A stretch of 64,000 nucleotides of DNA from Nitrospira sp. (GTDB lineage: Bacteria; Nitrospirota; Nitrospiria; Nitrospirales; Nitrospiraceae): positions 1,056,001-1,120,000 of the forward strand of contig AP038806.1 in assembly GCA_047150005.1 (NCBI GenBank), written 5' to 3'. Positions within the stretch are counted from its first letter, which is position 1. Each line of letters starts with the position of its first letter. Made by a program: the position numbers and the translations under genes. Under the pieces are notes generated by a model. That model saw nothing but the letters and a program-made list of their open reading frames with translations, was not told where the DNA came from and ran no database searches. Below, piece by piece: positions 10,026 to 20,535 of this stretch.

Positions 10026-11186
10026 ATGGCGACCGACATTACGATGCCTCAGCTCGGAGAAAGCATCGCTGAAGGAACCGTCGTGAAGTGGTTCATCCCA
10101 GCCGGTGGAATGATTCAAAAGGATCAAGCCCTCTTGGAAGTGGAAACGGAGAAAGTGGACCTGGAGATCCCCTCACCGGTCACAGGAGTTTTGAGCGAAA
10201 TCATCGTCCCGGAGGGCGACACCGTTCCTGTGGGAACGTTACTGGCACGGATCGAGAGCACTCCTCCCTCCGAAGTCATCAACCGTGTCGGCGGGGTCGT
10301 CGTCCGTCCATCGCAACCGATACCGGAAGGTGAAGACCGTCACTCTCCTGCCGTGCGGCAACTGGCCAGGGAGCACGGAATCGATCTGTCGCGAGTCAAG
10401 GGAACTGGAACCGGTGGACGGATAACCAAGAAAGATGTGCAGGAGTTCATCGGATGCACCGGAAGCCAAGCCGTATCGCCGCCTCCTGGTGGCGAGCTGT
10501 CGATGGGAGAAGAGGTTCGGCCTCTGACACAGATGCGGAGAACGATTGCCGACCGGATGGTGAAAAGCAAGCAGACCTCGGCCCATGTCACCACGTTCTT
10601 CGAAGCCGACTTCTCGGGCATCGCCAAATTCCGGGAAGCCCTTCGGCAGAGCTCAGAGCAGGGCCTGACCTACCTGCCGTTCGTGATCCGATCCGTGACC
10701 CGTGCGATTCGAGAGTTGCCGATCGTGAACTCGTCATGGGGAGACCAAGGCGTCGTCATCAAGAAGGACATTCATATCGGCATCGCCACAGCTCTGGATG
10801 AGGGACTCTTGGTTCCGGTGGTGCGTCACGCGGATCGCAAAGGACTCACGCTGTTGGCCAAAGAAGTGGGGGACCTGGCCGAGCGCGCCAGAACCAAGAA
10901 ATTGAGCCCGGAGGAAGTCCACGGGGGGACGTTTACGATCACCAACCATGGCGGGTTCGGCAGCTTGTTCAGCACACCGATCATTCATCAACCCCAGATT
11001 GCGATCTTAGGCGTCGGCGCAATCCAAAAGCGCGCCGTGGTCATCGACGATGCCATCGCGATCCGTAGGATGGGCTACTTGAGCCTGTCGTTTGATCACC
11101 GAGTCATCGACGGGGCGACGGCGGATCAGTTCATGGCGAAAGTCAGGGGATATCTCGAACAGAGTCAATGGGAGCCCATCCTGTGA
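10026..11186 (+). CDS. Dihydrolipoamide acyltransferase (E2)
   Basis: Lipoyl domain EVETEKV, E3-binding GTGTGGRITKKDV, catalytic DHRVIDG. Confidence 0.92.
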   Translation: MATDITMPQLGESIAEGTVVKWFIPAGGMIQKDQALLEVETEKVDLEIPSPVTGVLSEIIVPEGDTVPVGTLLARIESTPPSEVINRVGGVVVRPSQPIPEGEDRHSPAVRQLAREHGIDLSRVKGTGTGGRITKKDVQEFIGCTGSQAVSPPPGGELSMGEEVRPLTQMRRTIADRMVKSKQTSAHVTTFFEADFSGIAKFREALRQSSEQGLTYLPFVIRSVTRAIRELPIVNSSWGDQGVVIKKDIHIGIATALDEGLLVPVVRHADRKGLTLLAKEVGDLAERARTKKLSPEEVHGGTFTITNHGGFGSLFSTPIIHQPQIAILGVGAIQKRAVVIDDAIAIRRMGYLSLSFDHRVIDGATADQFMAKVRGYLEQSQWEPIL

Positions 11187-12370
11187 GCCGAACACGGCGG
11201 TCGGTCATCGTCAGCACCGTACGAACGCCTATAGGGAGTTTCAACGGGGTGTTCAGCTCCGTGCCTGCCACCAGGCTTGGGAGTATCGTCATCGAGGAAG
11301 CGTTGACGCGCGTCGGCTTGCCTCCCGAGCATGTGGACGACGTGTATATGGGCTGCGTCCTCGCCGCCGGACTCGGGCAGGCGCCGGCCAGACAAGCCTC
11401 GATCGGAGCCGGGATCCCTCACCCGGTCGGCGCCACGACGGTGAACAAGGTCTGCGGATCCAGCCTCCAGACCGTGATCATGGCCTCCAGAGCGATCGCG
11501 CTCGGCGAGGCGCGTGTCGTCGTGGCCGGCGGCATGGAGAGCATGACCCGGGCACCCTATCTGTTGGAAAAAGCCAGACAGGGGTATCGCCTGGGACATG
11601 CAGAGTTGGTGGACAGCGTGGTCAAGGACGGCCTCTGGGATGTGTATAACAATTTTCACATGGGTAATGCCGGCGAGTTGTGCGCAGCCAAGTACCGGCT
11701 CACGCGCCAAGAACTGGACGACTTTGCTTTGGAAAGTTACCGTCGGGCCAGGGAAGCTATGGTGACCGGTTCTTTCAAGCGGGAAATCGTGCCGGTCGAG
11801 GTGCCGCAGCGGAAAGGTGGGCCCGCGGTCGTTTCGGAAGATGAAGAGCCGAATCGAGTTGATCTGGACAACCTGCGCAACCTCAAGCCGGTGTTCAAGG
11901 AACACGGGGTCCTGACCGTGGGCAATTCTCCTTCTTGCAACGACGGCGCAGCCGCGGTGGTCGTCATGGCGGAAGAAGAAGCCGCGCGGCTCGGCCTCGC
12001 CCCTATGGCGCGCATCGTCGGGTATGCCGGTGCGGCGTTGGCACCGGAGTGGTTTACGATCGCACCGGTCGAGGCGATTACGCGAGCGCTCAAGACAACC
12101 GGTCTCTCCATCGGCGACATCGATCTATTTGAGATCAATGAAGCGTTCTCGGCCGTCTCGCTCGCCATCAACCGAGAATTGGGGCTCGATCCCAAGAAGG
12201 TCAACGTCAACGGTGGAGCGGTCGCCCTTGGCCATCCAATCGGTGCGACCGGCGCCAGGATTCTGACCACCCTCCTGCACGCAATGGAAGCCCGTGGCGC
12301 CAGACGGGGGATAGCCGCTCTCTGTATCGGCGGTGGAGAGGCGTTGGCAGTAGTTGTGGCAAGGGGATAA
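11183..12370 (+). CDS. Acetyl-CoA C-acyltransferase (thiolase)
   Basis: NKVCGS, EINEAF, GHPIGATG, CIGGG. Confidence 0.93.
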   Translation: MSRTRRSVIVSTVRTPIGSFNGVFSSVPATRLGSIVIEEALTRVGLPPEHVDDVYMGCVLAAGLGQAPARQASIGAGIPHPVGATTVNKVCGSSLQTVIMASRAIALGEARVVVAGGMESMTRAPYLLEKARQGYRLGHAELVDSVVKDGLWDVYNNFHMGNAGELCAAKYRLTRQELDDFALESYRRAREAMVTGSFKREIVPVEVPQRKGGPAVVSEDEEPNRVDLDNLRNLKPVFKEHGVLTVGNSPSCNDGAAAVVVMAEEEAARLGLAPMARIVGYAGAALAPEWFTIAPVEAITRALKTTGLSIGDIDLFEINEAFSAVSLAINRELGLDPKKVNVNGGAVALGHPIGATGARILTTLLHAMEARGARRGIAALCIGGGEALAVVVARG

Positions 12371-12385
12371 TTGGAGCAAGGGGGT

Positions 12386-13285
12386 ATGAGACTCGACGAC
12401 GTCAAGACAATCGGCATCGTCGGCGCCGGCCAGATGGGCCGAGGCATTGCCCAGGTGTGTGCGACCGCCGGTTATCCTGTTCTGCTGGTGGACGTGGACG
12501 AGTCGTCACTCACGGCGGCCGTCGTCAAGATCCGCGCCGGGCTGGAACATGCCGTGGAGCGAGGCAGTCTAACCGACTGCCAAGCGGGAGAAGCGCTGGC
12601 GCTCATCCGTCCGATGAGTGACCTTCATCGGCTGCACGAGGTCCAGCTCGTCATCGAGGCGATTCCCGAAGACCCCTCCCTCAAAGAAAGCCTCTTCACG
12701 GAATTGAATCGAGTCTGTCAACCGTACGCTGTCCTCGCCAGCAACACCTCGTCGATTTCAATCACCAAGCTGGGCGCGGCCGCCGGTCGGCCCGACCAGG
12801 TGGTGGGTCTGCATTTCATGAATCCGGCTCCCGTTATGCACCTGGTGGAAATCGTCCGAGGTCTCGAAACTTCGGAGAGCACGCTGAATCTGGCTCTCGA
12901 CCTGGCGAAGCGGCTCGGCAAGACTCCCATCGTGTCCAAGGACATGCCGGGATTCATCGTGAATCGAATCCTCATTCCGATGATCAATGAGGCGATCTTC
13001 GTGCTGGAGAAAGAGGTTGCGTCGGCCGAAGACATTGACCTTGCCATGACGACCGGAGCCAACCATCCGGTCGGGCCCTTGTCGCTTGCGGATCGGATAG
13101 GCCTGGATACGGTGCTGTCCATTTGTGAAGTGCTATACCGGAACTTGGACGATGCAAAGTTCCGTCCCTGCCCCTTGCTCCGTCGATATGTCGAAGCAGG
13201 GTGGTTGGGGCGTAAGACCGGTCGGGGGTTCTATCTCTACGAGGCGAGCGGAGAAAGACGCGAGGCGCTGAGCAATAGGACGTGA
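12386..13285 (+). CDS. 3-hydroxybutyryl/3-hydroxyacyl-CoA dehydrogenase
   Basis: GAGQMGRGIA, SNTSS, GLHFMNP, PGFIVNR, LGRKTGRGFY. Confidence 0.92.
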   Translation: MRLDDVKTIGIVGAGQMGRGIAQVCATAGYPVLLVDVDESSLTAAVVKIRAGLEHAVERGSLTDCQAGEALALIRPMSDLHRLHEVQLVIEAIPEDPSLKESLFTELNRVCQPYAVLASNTSSISITKLGAAAGRPDQVVGLHFMNPAPVMHLVEIVRGLETSESTLNLALDLAKRLGKTPIVSKDMPGFIVNRILIPMINEAIFVLEKEVASAEDIDLAMTTGANHPVGPLSLADRIGLDTVLSICEVLYRNLDDAKFRPCPLLRRYVEAGWLGRKTGRGFYLYEASGERREALSNRT

Positions 13286-13329
13286 TCTCTCGCCTTTCGC
13301 CCCGTGAGATTAGTCGGAGGGAGGAATCG

Positions 13330-14925
13330 ATGCACGAGCGCAAACCTCGATTCGCCTCGCTCTCGGGATTGGACGTCAACCGTGTCTACTCCCACGATGA
13401 TCTGAAAGATTGGTCCCCAAAGGACGATCTCGGTTCGCCCGGCGAATTCCCCTACACTCGCGGAGTCTATCCCACCATGTATCGGGGCCGTCTTTGGACG
13501 ATGCGGCAGTTTGCCGGCTTTGGATCTGCTGCCGATACCAACCGCCGGTTCAAATACCTGCTCCAGCAGGGACAGAACGGACTCAGTGTCGCCTTCGACA
13601 TGCCGACCCTGATGGGCATGGATGCAGACGATCCGCGCGCCCACGGCGAAGTGGGGCACTGCGGAGTGGCGATCTCGTCATTGGCTGATATGGAACGCCT
13701 ATTCGACGGCATTCAACTGGACCAGGTCACCACCTCGATGACGATCAACGGACCGGCCGCCGTCATCTTTGCCATGTACTTGGCAGTCGCAGAAAAACAG
13801 GGGATTCCGTTCGAACGCCTGGGCGGAACGTTGCAAAACGACATCCTGAAGGAATACATCGCCCAGAAAGAATGGCTGTTCCCGCCGGAGCCTTCGCTAG
13901 GCCTCATCGTCAACACCATCGAGTATTGTGCGACACGGGTCCCCAAATGGCATCCGGTCAGTATCAGCGGCTATCACATTCGTGAGGCTGGCTCGACAGC
14001 CGTTCAGGAGCTGGCGTTTACCCTGTACGATGGGCTGAGCTACGTCGAAGCGGCGGTGAAAGCCGGCCTTACCGTCGACAGCTTCGCTCCGCAACTCTCG
14101 TTCTTCTTCAATGCCCACAACGACCTCTTCGAGGAGGTTGCTAAGTTCCGGGCAGCCCGGAGGCTATGGGCGCGCGAGATGCAGCGACGCTATCACCCGG
14201 AAGATCCGCGGTCGTTGCAACTCCGCTGTCACGCACAGACGGCCGGCTGTTCGCTTACGGCGCAGCAGCCCATGAACAACGTGGTGCGCACCACGTTGCA
14301 GGCCCTGTCGGCAGTGCTGGGCGGCGCGCAATCCCTCCATACCAATTCCATGGATGAAACTCTGGCCCTGCCGACCGAAGCGGCGGTGAAGCTCGCGCTT
14401 CGTACCCAGCAGATCATCGCCCAGGAAAGCGAAGTGCCGAACACGGTCGATCCGCTCGGTGGATCGTACTATGTCGAATCATTGACCAATCGCCTTGAGG
14501 ACGCGGCCCTCGACTACTTCCGACAATTGGACGGCATGGGCGGCATGGTGAAAGCCATCGAACAGGGCTTCCCTCAACGGGAAATTCTCGACGCCTCGCA
14601 GCAGTATCAGCGTGACCTAGGGCGAGCGGAACGAATCGTCGTCGGTGTCAGCGATTATGTAGAGGAGGAGGAACACCGGATCCCGATCCTGAAAGTCGGG
14701 CCGGAAGTGGAACATGAGCAGGTGGGACGCCTGTCGGACCTCCGCAAATCGCGCGATCCGTTCAAAATGGCCGGCGCGGTCGAGGAATTGCAGGAAGCAG
14801 CCTCGTGCGGTGAAAACGTCATGCCGTATCTCATCGAAGCGGTTAAGGCTAAGGCGACGCTGGGGGAGATTTGCGGAGCGCTCAAGGAAGTGTTGGGTGT
14901 CTACAGGGAACCGGTGGTGTTGTGA
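13330..14925 (+). CDS. B12-dependent acyl-CoA mutase large subunit (isobutyryl-CoA mutase-type residues)
   Basis: PGEFPYTRG, WTMRQFAGFG, QNDILKEYIAQKEW, SGYHIREAG. Confidence 0.9.
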   Translation: MHERKPRFASLSGLDVNRVYSHDDLKDWSPKDDLGSPGEFPYTRGVYPTMYRGRLWTMRQFAGFGSAADTNRRFKYLLQQGQNGLSVAFDMPTLMGMDADDPRAHGEVGHCGVAISSLADMERLFDGIQLDQVTTSMTINGPAAVIFAMYLAVAEKQGIPFERLGGTLQNDILKEYIAQKEWLFPPEPSLGLIVNTIEYCATRVPKWHPVSISGYHIREAGSTAVQELAFTLYDGLSYVEAAVKAGLTVDSFAPQLSFFFNAHNDLFEEVAKFRAARRLWAREMQRRYHPEDPRSLQLRCHAQTAGCSLTAQQPMNNVVRTTLQALSAVLGGAQSLHTNSMDETLALPTEAAVKLALRTQQIIAQESEVPNTVDPLGGSYYVESLTNRLEDAALDYFRQLDGMGGMVKAIEQGFPQREILDASQQYQRDLGRAERIVVGVSDYVEEEEHRIPILKVGPEVEHEQVGRLSDLRKSRDPFKMAGAVEELQEAASCGENVMPYLIEAVKAKATLGEICGALKEVLGVYREPVVL

Positions 14926-15036
14926 TGAAAACGCGGGTCCTGTCGCTGACCAGCCCGTCCGTCCTCGCACCCCGCCCGGTGTGGGGACCCCGCTGCGGGC
15001 GGACGGGCTCCCAGGTCAGCGCCACCCGCGTCTTCA
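14926..15036. repeat. Long (~110 nt) imperfect intergenic hairpin
   Basis: Nested inverted repeats tgaaaacgcgggt/acccgcgtcttca, cgctgacc/ggtcagcg, agcccgtccg/cggacgggct. Confidence 0.7.
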
Positions 15037-15069
15037 AATGGGAGTGAGAAGGATGAAGGGAAAAGGGAC

Positions 15070-15915
15070 GTGAAGCTCGGAGCGTTTGAACTGTACCCCG
15101 TTAGCGACGGGCGGTTCCGGCTGGACGGCGGCGCGATGTTCGGCGTCGTGCCGAAGGTCCTCTGGCAAAAGTGCTGCGAAGCCGATGAACAGAATCGTAT
15201 TCCGTTGAGTCTGACCTGTCTCCTGATCCGGGCGAACGGGAAGAATATCCTCGTGGACACGGGATTGGGCTCCAAGGAAGACGGAAAATTTCAGCGCATG
15301 TTCGCCGTCGAGCGGACCTCGACCTTGCTGGACTCCTTGGGACGGTTGGGAGTGGGGCCGGATGACGTCCATATCGTCATCAACACCCATCTGCATTTCG
15401 ACCATGCGGGCGGGAACACGATGAGCAAGAACGGGACCATTATCCCCGCATTCGCCAAAGCTCAATATTTCATCCAGCACGGGGAGTTTGAAGATGCCGC
15501 CCGAGCCAATGAACGGAGTAAGGCCAGTTACCGGCCGGACAACTTCACCCCGATCGCCCATTTGAATCGGTGGGAATTCCTGCATGGCGACACGGAACTG
15601 CTTCCCGGCATCACCGCCGTCGTCACCGCCGGCCATACCCGCTGCCACCAGGCCGTCAAGATTGAATCGGAGGGACAGACCGCCTTGTTCCTCGGCGATC
15701 TGATCCCGACCGTTTCGCACCTGCCCCTCCCGTACATCATGGGCTACGACCTGTTCCCGATCCAGACGCTGGAGACAAAACGTTGGGTCTTGGATCGGGC
15801 CTTCGAAGCGAATTGGCTGTTGTTGTTCGAACATGATCCGGTAGTCCAGGCTGGTCATGTCAAGAAGGATCCGGAGGGCAAGTACTTCCTCCAGGAGGTG
15901 AACGCATGGCAGTGA
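15070..15915 (+). CDS. MBL-fold metallo-hydrolase
   Basis: [24 protein letters not shown]. Confidence 0.88.
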   Translation: MKLGAFELYPVSDGRFRLDGGAMFGVVPKVLWQKCCEADEQNRIPLSLTCLLIRANGKNILVDTGLGSKEDGKFQRMFAVERTSTLLDSLGRLGVGPDDVHIVINTHLHFDHAGGNTMSKNGTIIPAFAKAQYFIQHGEFEDAARANERSKASYRPDNFTPIAHLNRWEFLHGDTELLPGITAVVTAGHTRCHQAVKIESEGQTALFLGDLIPTVSHLPLPYIMGYDLFPIQTLETKRWVLDRAFEANWLLLFEHDPVVQAGHVKKDPEGKYFLQEVNAWQ

Positions 15916-16313
15916 CGACACAACCCCTCCGCATCTTGATCGGGAAAGTCGGTCTCGACGGCCACGACCGTGGAGTGAAACTGATCGCGCGCGCGCTGCG
16001 CGACGCCGGAATGGAAGTCATCTACACCGGTCTCCACCAAACACCGGAGCAGGTCGTCAGCACGGCGGTTCAAGAAGATGTCGATGCGATCGGCTTGAGC
16101 ATCCTATCCGGGGCGCACAACACGCTCTTCCGTCGCGTGCTAGAGCTGCTCAAAGAACAGGGCGCCGAGGACATCGCCCTGTTCGGCGGCGGGATCATTC
16201 CCGACGACGACCTTCCCGCTCTCAGAGCGGCCGGTGTAAAGGCCCTGTTCAGACCGGGAGCTTCCATGCGCGAAATCGTGGACTTCGTGGAGGGGCTCAA
16301 GGCCCAAGGTTGA
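15906..16313 (+). CDS. Cobalamin-binding small subunit of acyl-CoA mutase
   Basis: GLDGHDRG (DxHxxG), SILSGAH, FGGGIIP. Confidence 0.92.
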   Translation: MAVTTQPLRILIGKVGLDGHDRGVKLIARALRDAGMEVIYTGLHQTPEQVVSTAVQEDVDAIGLSILSGAHNTLFRRVLELLKEQGAEDIALFGGGIIPDDDLPALRAAGVKALFRPGASMREIVDFVEGLKAQG

Positions 16314-16319
16314 CCGGCC

Positions 16320-17924
16320 ATGCGCATCATCAAGACCTCGCTCGTGACAACATCCGAAGAATTCTCGTCGAATGTGGCCCACTACGAGGGCCTGAGAGCC
16401 GATCTCGATAAACATCTCTCCCTCGCCAGGGCCGGTGGTTCGGCCGACGCCGTCGCGCTCCACAAACAACGCGGCAAGCTGACGGTTCGCGAGCGGGTCG
16501 CGGCGTTGCTGGATTCGGATTCCCCGTGGCTCGAACTGAGCCCTCTCGCCGCCTGCGGGATGTACGAGGACCAAGTCCCCGCCGCCGGTCTGATCAGCGG
16601 CATCGGCTTCGTGTCGGGACGACCCTGCGTCATCGCCGCCAACGACGCCACGGTCAAGGGCGGCACCTATTTCCCGATGACGATCAAGAAACATCTGCGG
16701 GCACAGGAGATCGCCCTGGAGAACCGGCTGCCCGCGATCTATCTCGTCGACTCCGGAGGAATCTTCCTGCCCATGCAGGCCGAGGTCTTTGCGGACAAGG
16801 ACCACTTCGGACGGATCTTCTACAATCAGGCGCGGATGTCTGCACTGGGCATTCCGCAGATCGCCGTGGTCATGGGCATGTGTACAGCGGGCGGCGCCTA
16901 CGTACCGGCGATGTGCGACGAGAATGTCATCGTGAAAGGGACCGGCACCATTTATCTGGGCGGGCCGCCTCTGGTGAAGGCTGCGACCGGCGAGGAGGTC
17001 ACCCCTGAAGAACTCGGCGGCGCCGATCTGCATACGAGGCTGTCCGGCGTGAGCGACCATCTGGCCGAGAACGACCAGGATGCGCTGGAGATCTGCCGGT
17101 CGATCGTCGCCACGTTGCCTCGACGGCCTGCCAGACGGCGTGAAGGTGAGAGCGAAGAGCCGCTCTACCAGGTCGGTGACCTCTATGGACTCATCCCGAG
17201 CAATCCTCGGAAGACGCCCGAGGCGCGCGAGGTGATCGCCCGGCTGGTGGACGGTAGCGGATTTCACGAGTTTAAGGCGCGCTACGGCCAAACACTGACG
17301 TGCGGATTCGCACGTTGGACGGGACATCAGGTCGGCATCGTTGCCAATAACGGCGTGCTGTTGTCGGAAGCCGCCTTGAAGGGTGCGCATTTCGTCCAGC
17401 TCTGCGCCCAGCGACGCATCCCACTCATCTTTCTGCAGAACATCACCGGGTTCATGGTCGGCAAAGACTATGAAGCCCGCGGGATCATCAAGGACGGCGC
17501 GAAGATGGTGCAGGCGGTAGCGACCGCCGACGTGCCGAAGTTCACCGTCATCATCGGCGCCTCTCACGGCGCCGGCAATTACGCGATGTGCGGCCGTGCC
17601 TATGGTCCGCGATTCCTCTTCCTCTGGCCCAACGCGCGGACCTCGGTGATGGGGGCGCAGCAGGCCGCCCATGTGCTGGTGACCGTCAAGCGGCAGCAAC
17701 GGGTGCGGGAGAAGGTCATGCTCTCCGAGGACGAGCAGCGGAAGATGAGCGAGTCCACCTTGTCCCAGTACGAGCGGGAGGGCAGCCCCTATTTCAGTAC
17801 GGCCCGCCTCTGGGATGACGGGATCATCGACCCAGCCGACACGCGACGCATCCTTGGCCTGTGTTTGGACGTCGCCATGACCGCGCCGGTCCGTCCGTCG
17901 CACCCGCCGGTGTTTCGCATGTGA
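16320..17924 (+). CDS. Methylcrotonyl-CoA carboxylase beta (carboxyltransferase) subunit
   Basis: [47 protein letters not shown]. Confidence 0.9.
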   Translation: MRIIKTSLVTTSEEFSSNVAHYEGLRADLDKHLSLARAGGSADAVALHKQRGKLTVRERVAALLDSDSPWLELSPLAACGMYEDQVPAAGLISGIGFVSGRPCVIAANDATVKGGTYFPMTIKKHLRAQEIALENRLPAIYLVDSGGIFLPMQAEVFADKDHFGRIFYNQARMSALGIPQIAVVMGMCTAGGAYVPAMCDENVIVKGTGTIYLGGPPLVKAATGEEVTPEELGGADLHTRLSGVSDHLAENDQDALEICRSIVATLPRRPARRREGESEEPLYQVGDLYGLIPSNPRKTPEAREVIARLVDGSGFHEFKARYGQTLTCGFARWTGHQVGIVANNGVLLSEAALKGAHFVQLCAQRRIPLIFLQNITGFMVGKDYEARGIIKDGAKMVQAVATADVPKFTVIIGASHGAGNYAMCGRAYGPRFLFLWPNARTSVMGAQQAAHVLVTVKRQQRVREKVMLSEDEQRKMSESTLSQYEREGSPYFSTARLWDDGIIDPADTRRILGLCLDVAMTAPVRPSHPPVFRM

Positions 17925-17931
17925 GGAGCGC

Positions 17932-18774
17932 ATGAAGAACCCTGTCGCCATCCTGGTGGAATCGAACGGCGGCGTGGCCCGCGTGACGCTGAACCGTCCC
18001 CATAGGCGGAACGCGTTCGATGCCGGTATGGTCGAAGAACTGTGCCAGGCCTTCGCCGAGTTGGGCCGGAGTCCCTTGATCCGAGCGACCGTCTTGACCG
18101 GCAACGGTTCTGCGTTTTGCGCCGGAGCAGATATCGATTGGATGAGATCCGGTGGGACTCTGTCCATGTCGGAGGCGCAGAAAGAGGCTGAGCGGCTGAT
18201 GAAGATGTTCCGTGCCATCGACGAATGTCCCTGCCCTGTCATCGCGCGTATCCAGGGCCCAGCCTTTGGAGGCGGAGTCGGCATGATCGCAGCCTGTGAC
18301 ATCGCCGTGGCGGTCGAGGACGCAACGTTCGCCCTCAGCGAGGTCCGCTTGGGGATGGTGCCGGCGGTGATCGCTCCTTTTCTGCTCCGCAAGACCGGCG
18401 AATCGTTCCTGCGACGATTCTGCCTGACCGGCGAATCATTCTCTGCATCGGCCGCCAAACAAGGCAACCTCGTTCACGATGTCGTCGAAAGGAACCAGCT
18501 CGATTCCCGCGTCGATGAGTTGATTCAGATGGTCCTGGGCGTCGCGCCGCAAGCGGCACGGGACACCAAAGGTCTGTTCCACCGACTGCCCGCCCTGTCC
18601 GACGATGAGCGATGGAGCACCTGTGTCGAATCCAACGTCCGCGCCCGTCTCTCGGCCGAGGCGCAAGAAGGACTCCGGGCTTTTCTTGAACGACGCGCCC
18701 CCGTCTGGACGGCGATGCCGGGGGAGCAAGGAGAAGAAGGGAAGCCGCACGATGTCGCTCGGTGGCGGGCATGA
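17932..18774 (+). CDS. Enoyl-CoA hydratase family (methylglutaconyl-CoA hydratase-like)
   Basis: AFCAGAD, AFGGGVG, LSEVRLG; lies between the MCC beta and HMG-CoA lyase genes. Confidence 0.85.
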   Translation: MKNPVAILVESNGGVARVTLNRPHRRNAFDAGMVEELCQAFAELGRSPLIRATVLTGNGSAFCAGADIDWMRSGGTLSMSEAQKEAERLMKMFRAIDECPCPVIARIQGPAFGGGVGMIAACDIAVAVEDATFALSEVRLGMVPAVIAPFLLRKTGESFLRRFCLTGESFSASAAKQGNLVHDVVERNQLDSRVDELIQMVLGVAPQAARDTKGLFHRLPALSDDERWSTCVESNVRARLSAEAQEGLRAFLERRAPVWTAMPGEQGEEGKPHDVARWRA

Positions 18775-19696
18775 CAGGGCTGCAAGACCGATCCGCATTA
18801 TCGAAGTCGGTCCGAGAGATGGACTCCAAAATGAACCGGCTATCGTGTCGACCGGTGACAAGGTGTCGTTTGTGAACGCTCTGTCTCGAACAGGCGTGAC
18901 GGAAATCGAGATCGGGTCATTCGTGTCCCCCCACGCAATCCCGCAGCTGGCCGATACAGACGAGGTGGTTCGCAAGATGGAACGCCGACCCGGTGTCACC
19001 TATTCCGCCTTGGTGCCCAACAAGAAGGGATTGGAACGGGCGAGGGCCGCGGCCATGGAAAAGATCGCGGTCTTCACCGCGGCCTCGGAGACGTTTGCTC
19101 GACGCAACATCAGGTGCGGGGTCCGGGAGTCGATCGACCGGTTCGCACCGGTGGTGGCCGAAGCCAAACGGGACGGCATGACCGTGCGCGGCTACATTTC
19201 CACCGTGACCCACTGTCCCTTTGAAGGGGCCATCGATCCGGGTCGCGTCGTCGAGGTCATACGACGCCTCCTGCAAATCGGGGTCGATGAAATTTCCCTT
19301 GGGGACACTATCGGGAAGGCTGCTCCGAACGATGTGCGAAGGTTGCTGGATGAAACAATGCCGCACATTGAGCGAAGCCGGCTCTCGCTGCACTTCCATG
19401 ACACCTACGGCATGGCCGTGGCCAATGTCCTGGCGGCCTGGATGGAGTATGGCATCGGAGCCTTTGATACGGCCGCCGGCGGGCTGGGCGGCTGCCCCTA
19501 CGCGCCGGGGGCATCGGGCAACGTGGCGACGGAAGACGTGGTCTATGCCCTGAAGGCCTCCGGGGCCTCCCTTGCGGTAGACGAGCAGAGAGTGGTCGCA
19601 GCAGCCGGACAGATCGCCAAGGCGCTGAACCGTCCTCTCGCTTCTCGACTGTCGCGCATCCACACCGACCGAACCTTATACGAGCCTGTGACATGA
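18752..19696 (+). CDS. Hydroxymethylglutaryl-CoA lyase
   Basis: EVGPRDGLQNE, LHFHDTYG, GGLGGCPYAPGASGNVATED. Confidence 0.92.
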   Translation: MSLGGGHDRAARPIRIIEVGPRDGLQNEPAIVSTGDKVSFVNALSRTGVTEIEIGSFVSPHAIPQLADTDEVVRKMERRPGVTYSALVPNKKGLERARAAAMEKIAVFTAASETFARRNIRCGVRESIDRFAPVVAEAKRDGMTVRGYISTVTHCPFEGAIDPGRVVEVIRRLLQIGVDEISLGDTIGKAAPNDVRRLLDETMPHIERSRLSLHFHDTYGMAVANVLAAWMEYGIGAFDTAAGGLGGCPYAPGASGNVATEDVVYALKASGASLAVDEQRVVAAAGQIAKALNRPLASRLSRIHTDRTLYEPVT

Positions 19697-20499
19697 CTGC
19701 CTCAGGCCTGCGCCTGTCCAGACAGGAGATTGCCGACGTCGTGGCCTTGGCTAAGCAGGTCAAAGCCGGAAACGTCCGGTGCGTCGCTCGGCTGATTACA
19801 CTGTTGGAGAGTCGAGACCAAGACGGCGCCGCCGTCCTTCGCCTGCTTGATTCAGGCTCGCACCATGCGAACGTGATCGGCATTACCGGCTATCCGGGAG
19901 CCGGTAAGAGCACTATGATCGCTCAACTGGTGGCAGCCTACAGGCGTTTGGGCAAGAAAGTCGGAGTGCTGGCCGTCGATACCAGCAGCACCGTCACGGG
20001 CGGCGCCTTGCTCGGCGATCGCATCAGGATGGGGGACCATACGCTCGATCGCGAGGTGTACATCAGGAGCATGGCCGCTCGCGGACACCATGGAGGACTC
20101 GCCCCGGCGACCCACGAGGCCGCCCTCGTGTTGGAAGCAGCCGGGTATGAGGTGATTTTGATCGAAACGATCGGGGTGGGTCAGGGCGAAGTGGAGGTCA
20201 TGGAGGTCGCTCAGACCGTGGTCGCGGTCGTGGCGCCCGGACTGGGTGATGAGGTTCAGGCTATGAAAGCCGGACTGTTAGAGATCGCTCCGATCATCGT
20301 GGTCAACAAATGCGATCAGGCCGGCGCAGATTCCACCGTCCGGGACCTACGAGTCTGGTGCCCGCACGTGTTGCGGACGGTGGCCACGACAGGCGACGGG
20401 ATCCCGGACCTTGTCGCTGCGATCGCCGAGCACCAACGGAGCCACGATAAGCATGATGATGGAACGGCTAGCGCCCGGCTCAAGCGAAGCTTGGTATAG
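19693..20499 (+). CDS. meaB: MeaB/ArgK GTPase chaperone of B12 mutases
   Basis: GYPGAGKST, GGALLGDRIRM, IETIGVGQ, NKCD. Confidence 0.88.
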   Translation: MTASGLRLSRQEIADVVALAKQVKAGNVRCVARLITLLESRDQDGAAVLRLLDSGSHHANVIGITGYPGAGKSTMIAQLVAAYRRLGKKVGVLAVDTSSTVTGGALLGDRIRMGDHTLDREVYIRSMAARGHHGGLAPATHEAALVLEAAGYEVILIETIGVGQGEVEVMEVAQTVVAVVAPGLGDEVQAMKAGLLEIAPIIVVNKCDQAGADSTVRDLRVWCPHVLRTVATTGDGIPDLVAAIAEHQRSHDKHDDGTASARLKRSLV

Positions 20500-20535
20500 C
20501 CGGCGGGTCACACGAAGTGTGGGATGGAGGATGTT

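Noticed and set aside
16140..18467. Long opposite-strand ORFs (775 aa here; also 1206-2540, 23541-24866, 39120-40457, 50633-51934)
   Set aside because: Shadows of well-supported genes in GC-rich DNA, with no motifs
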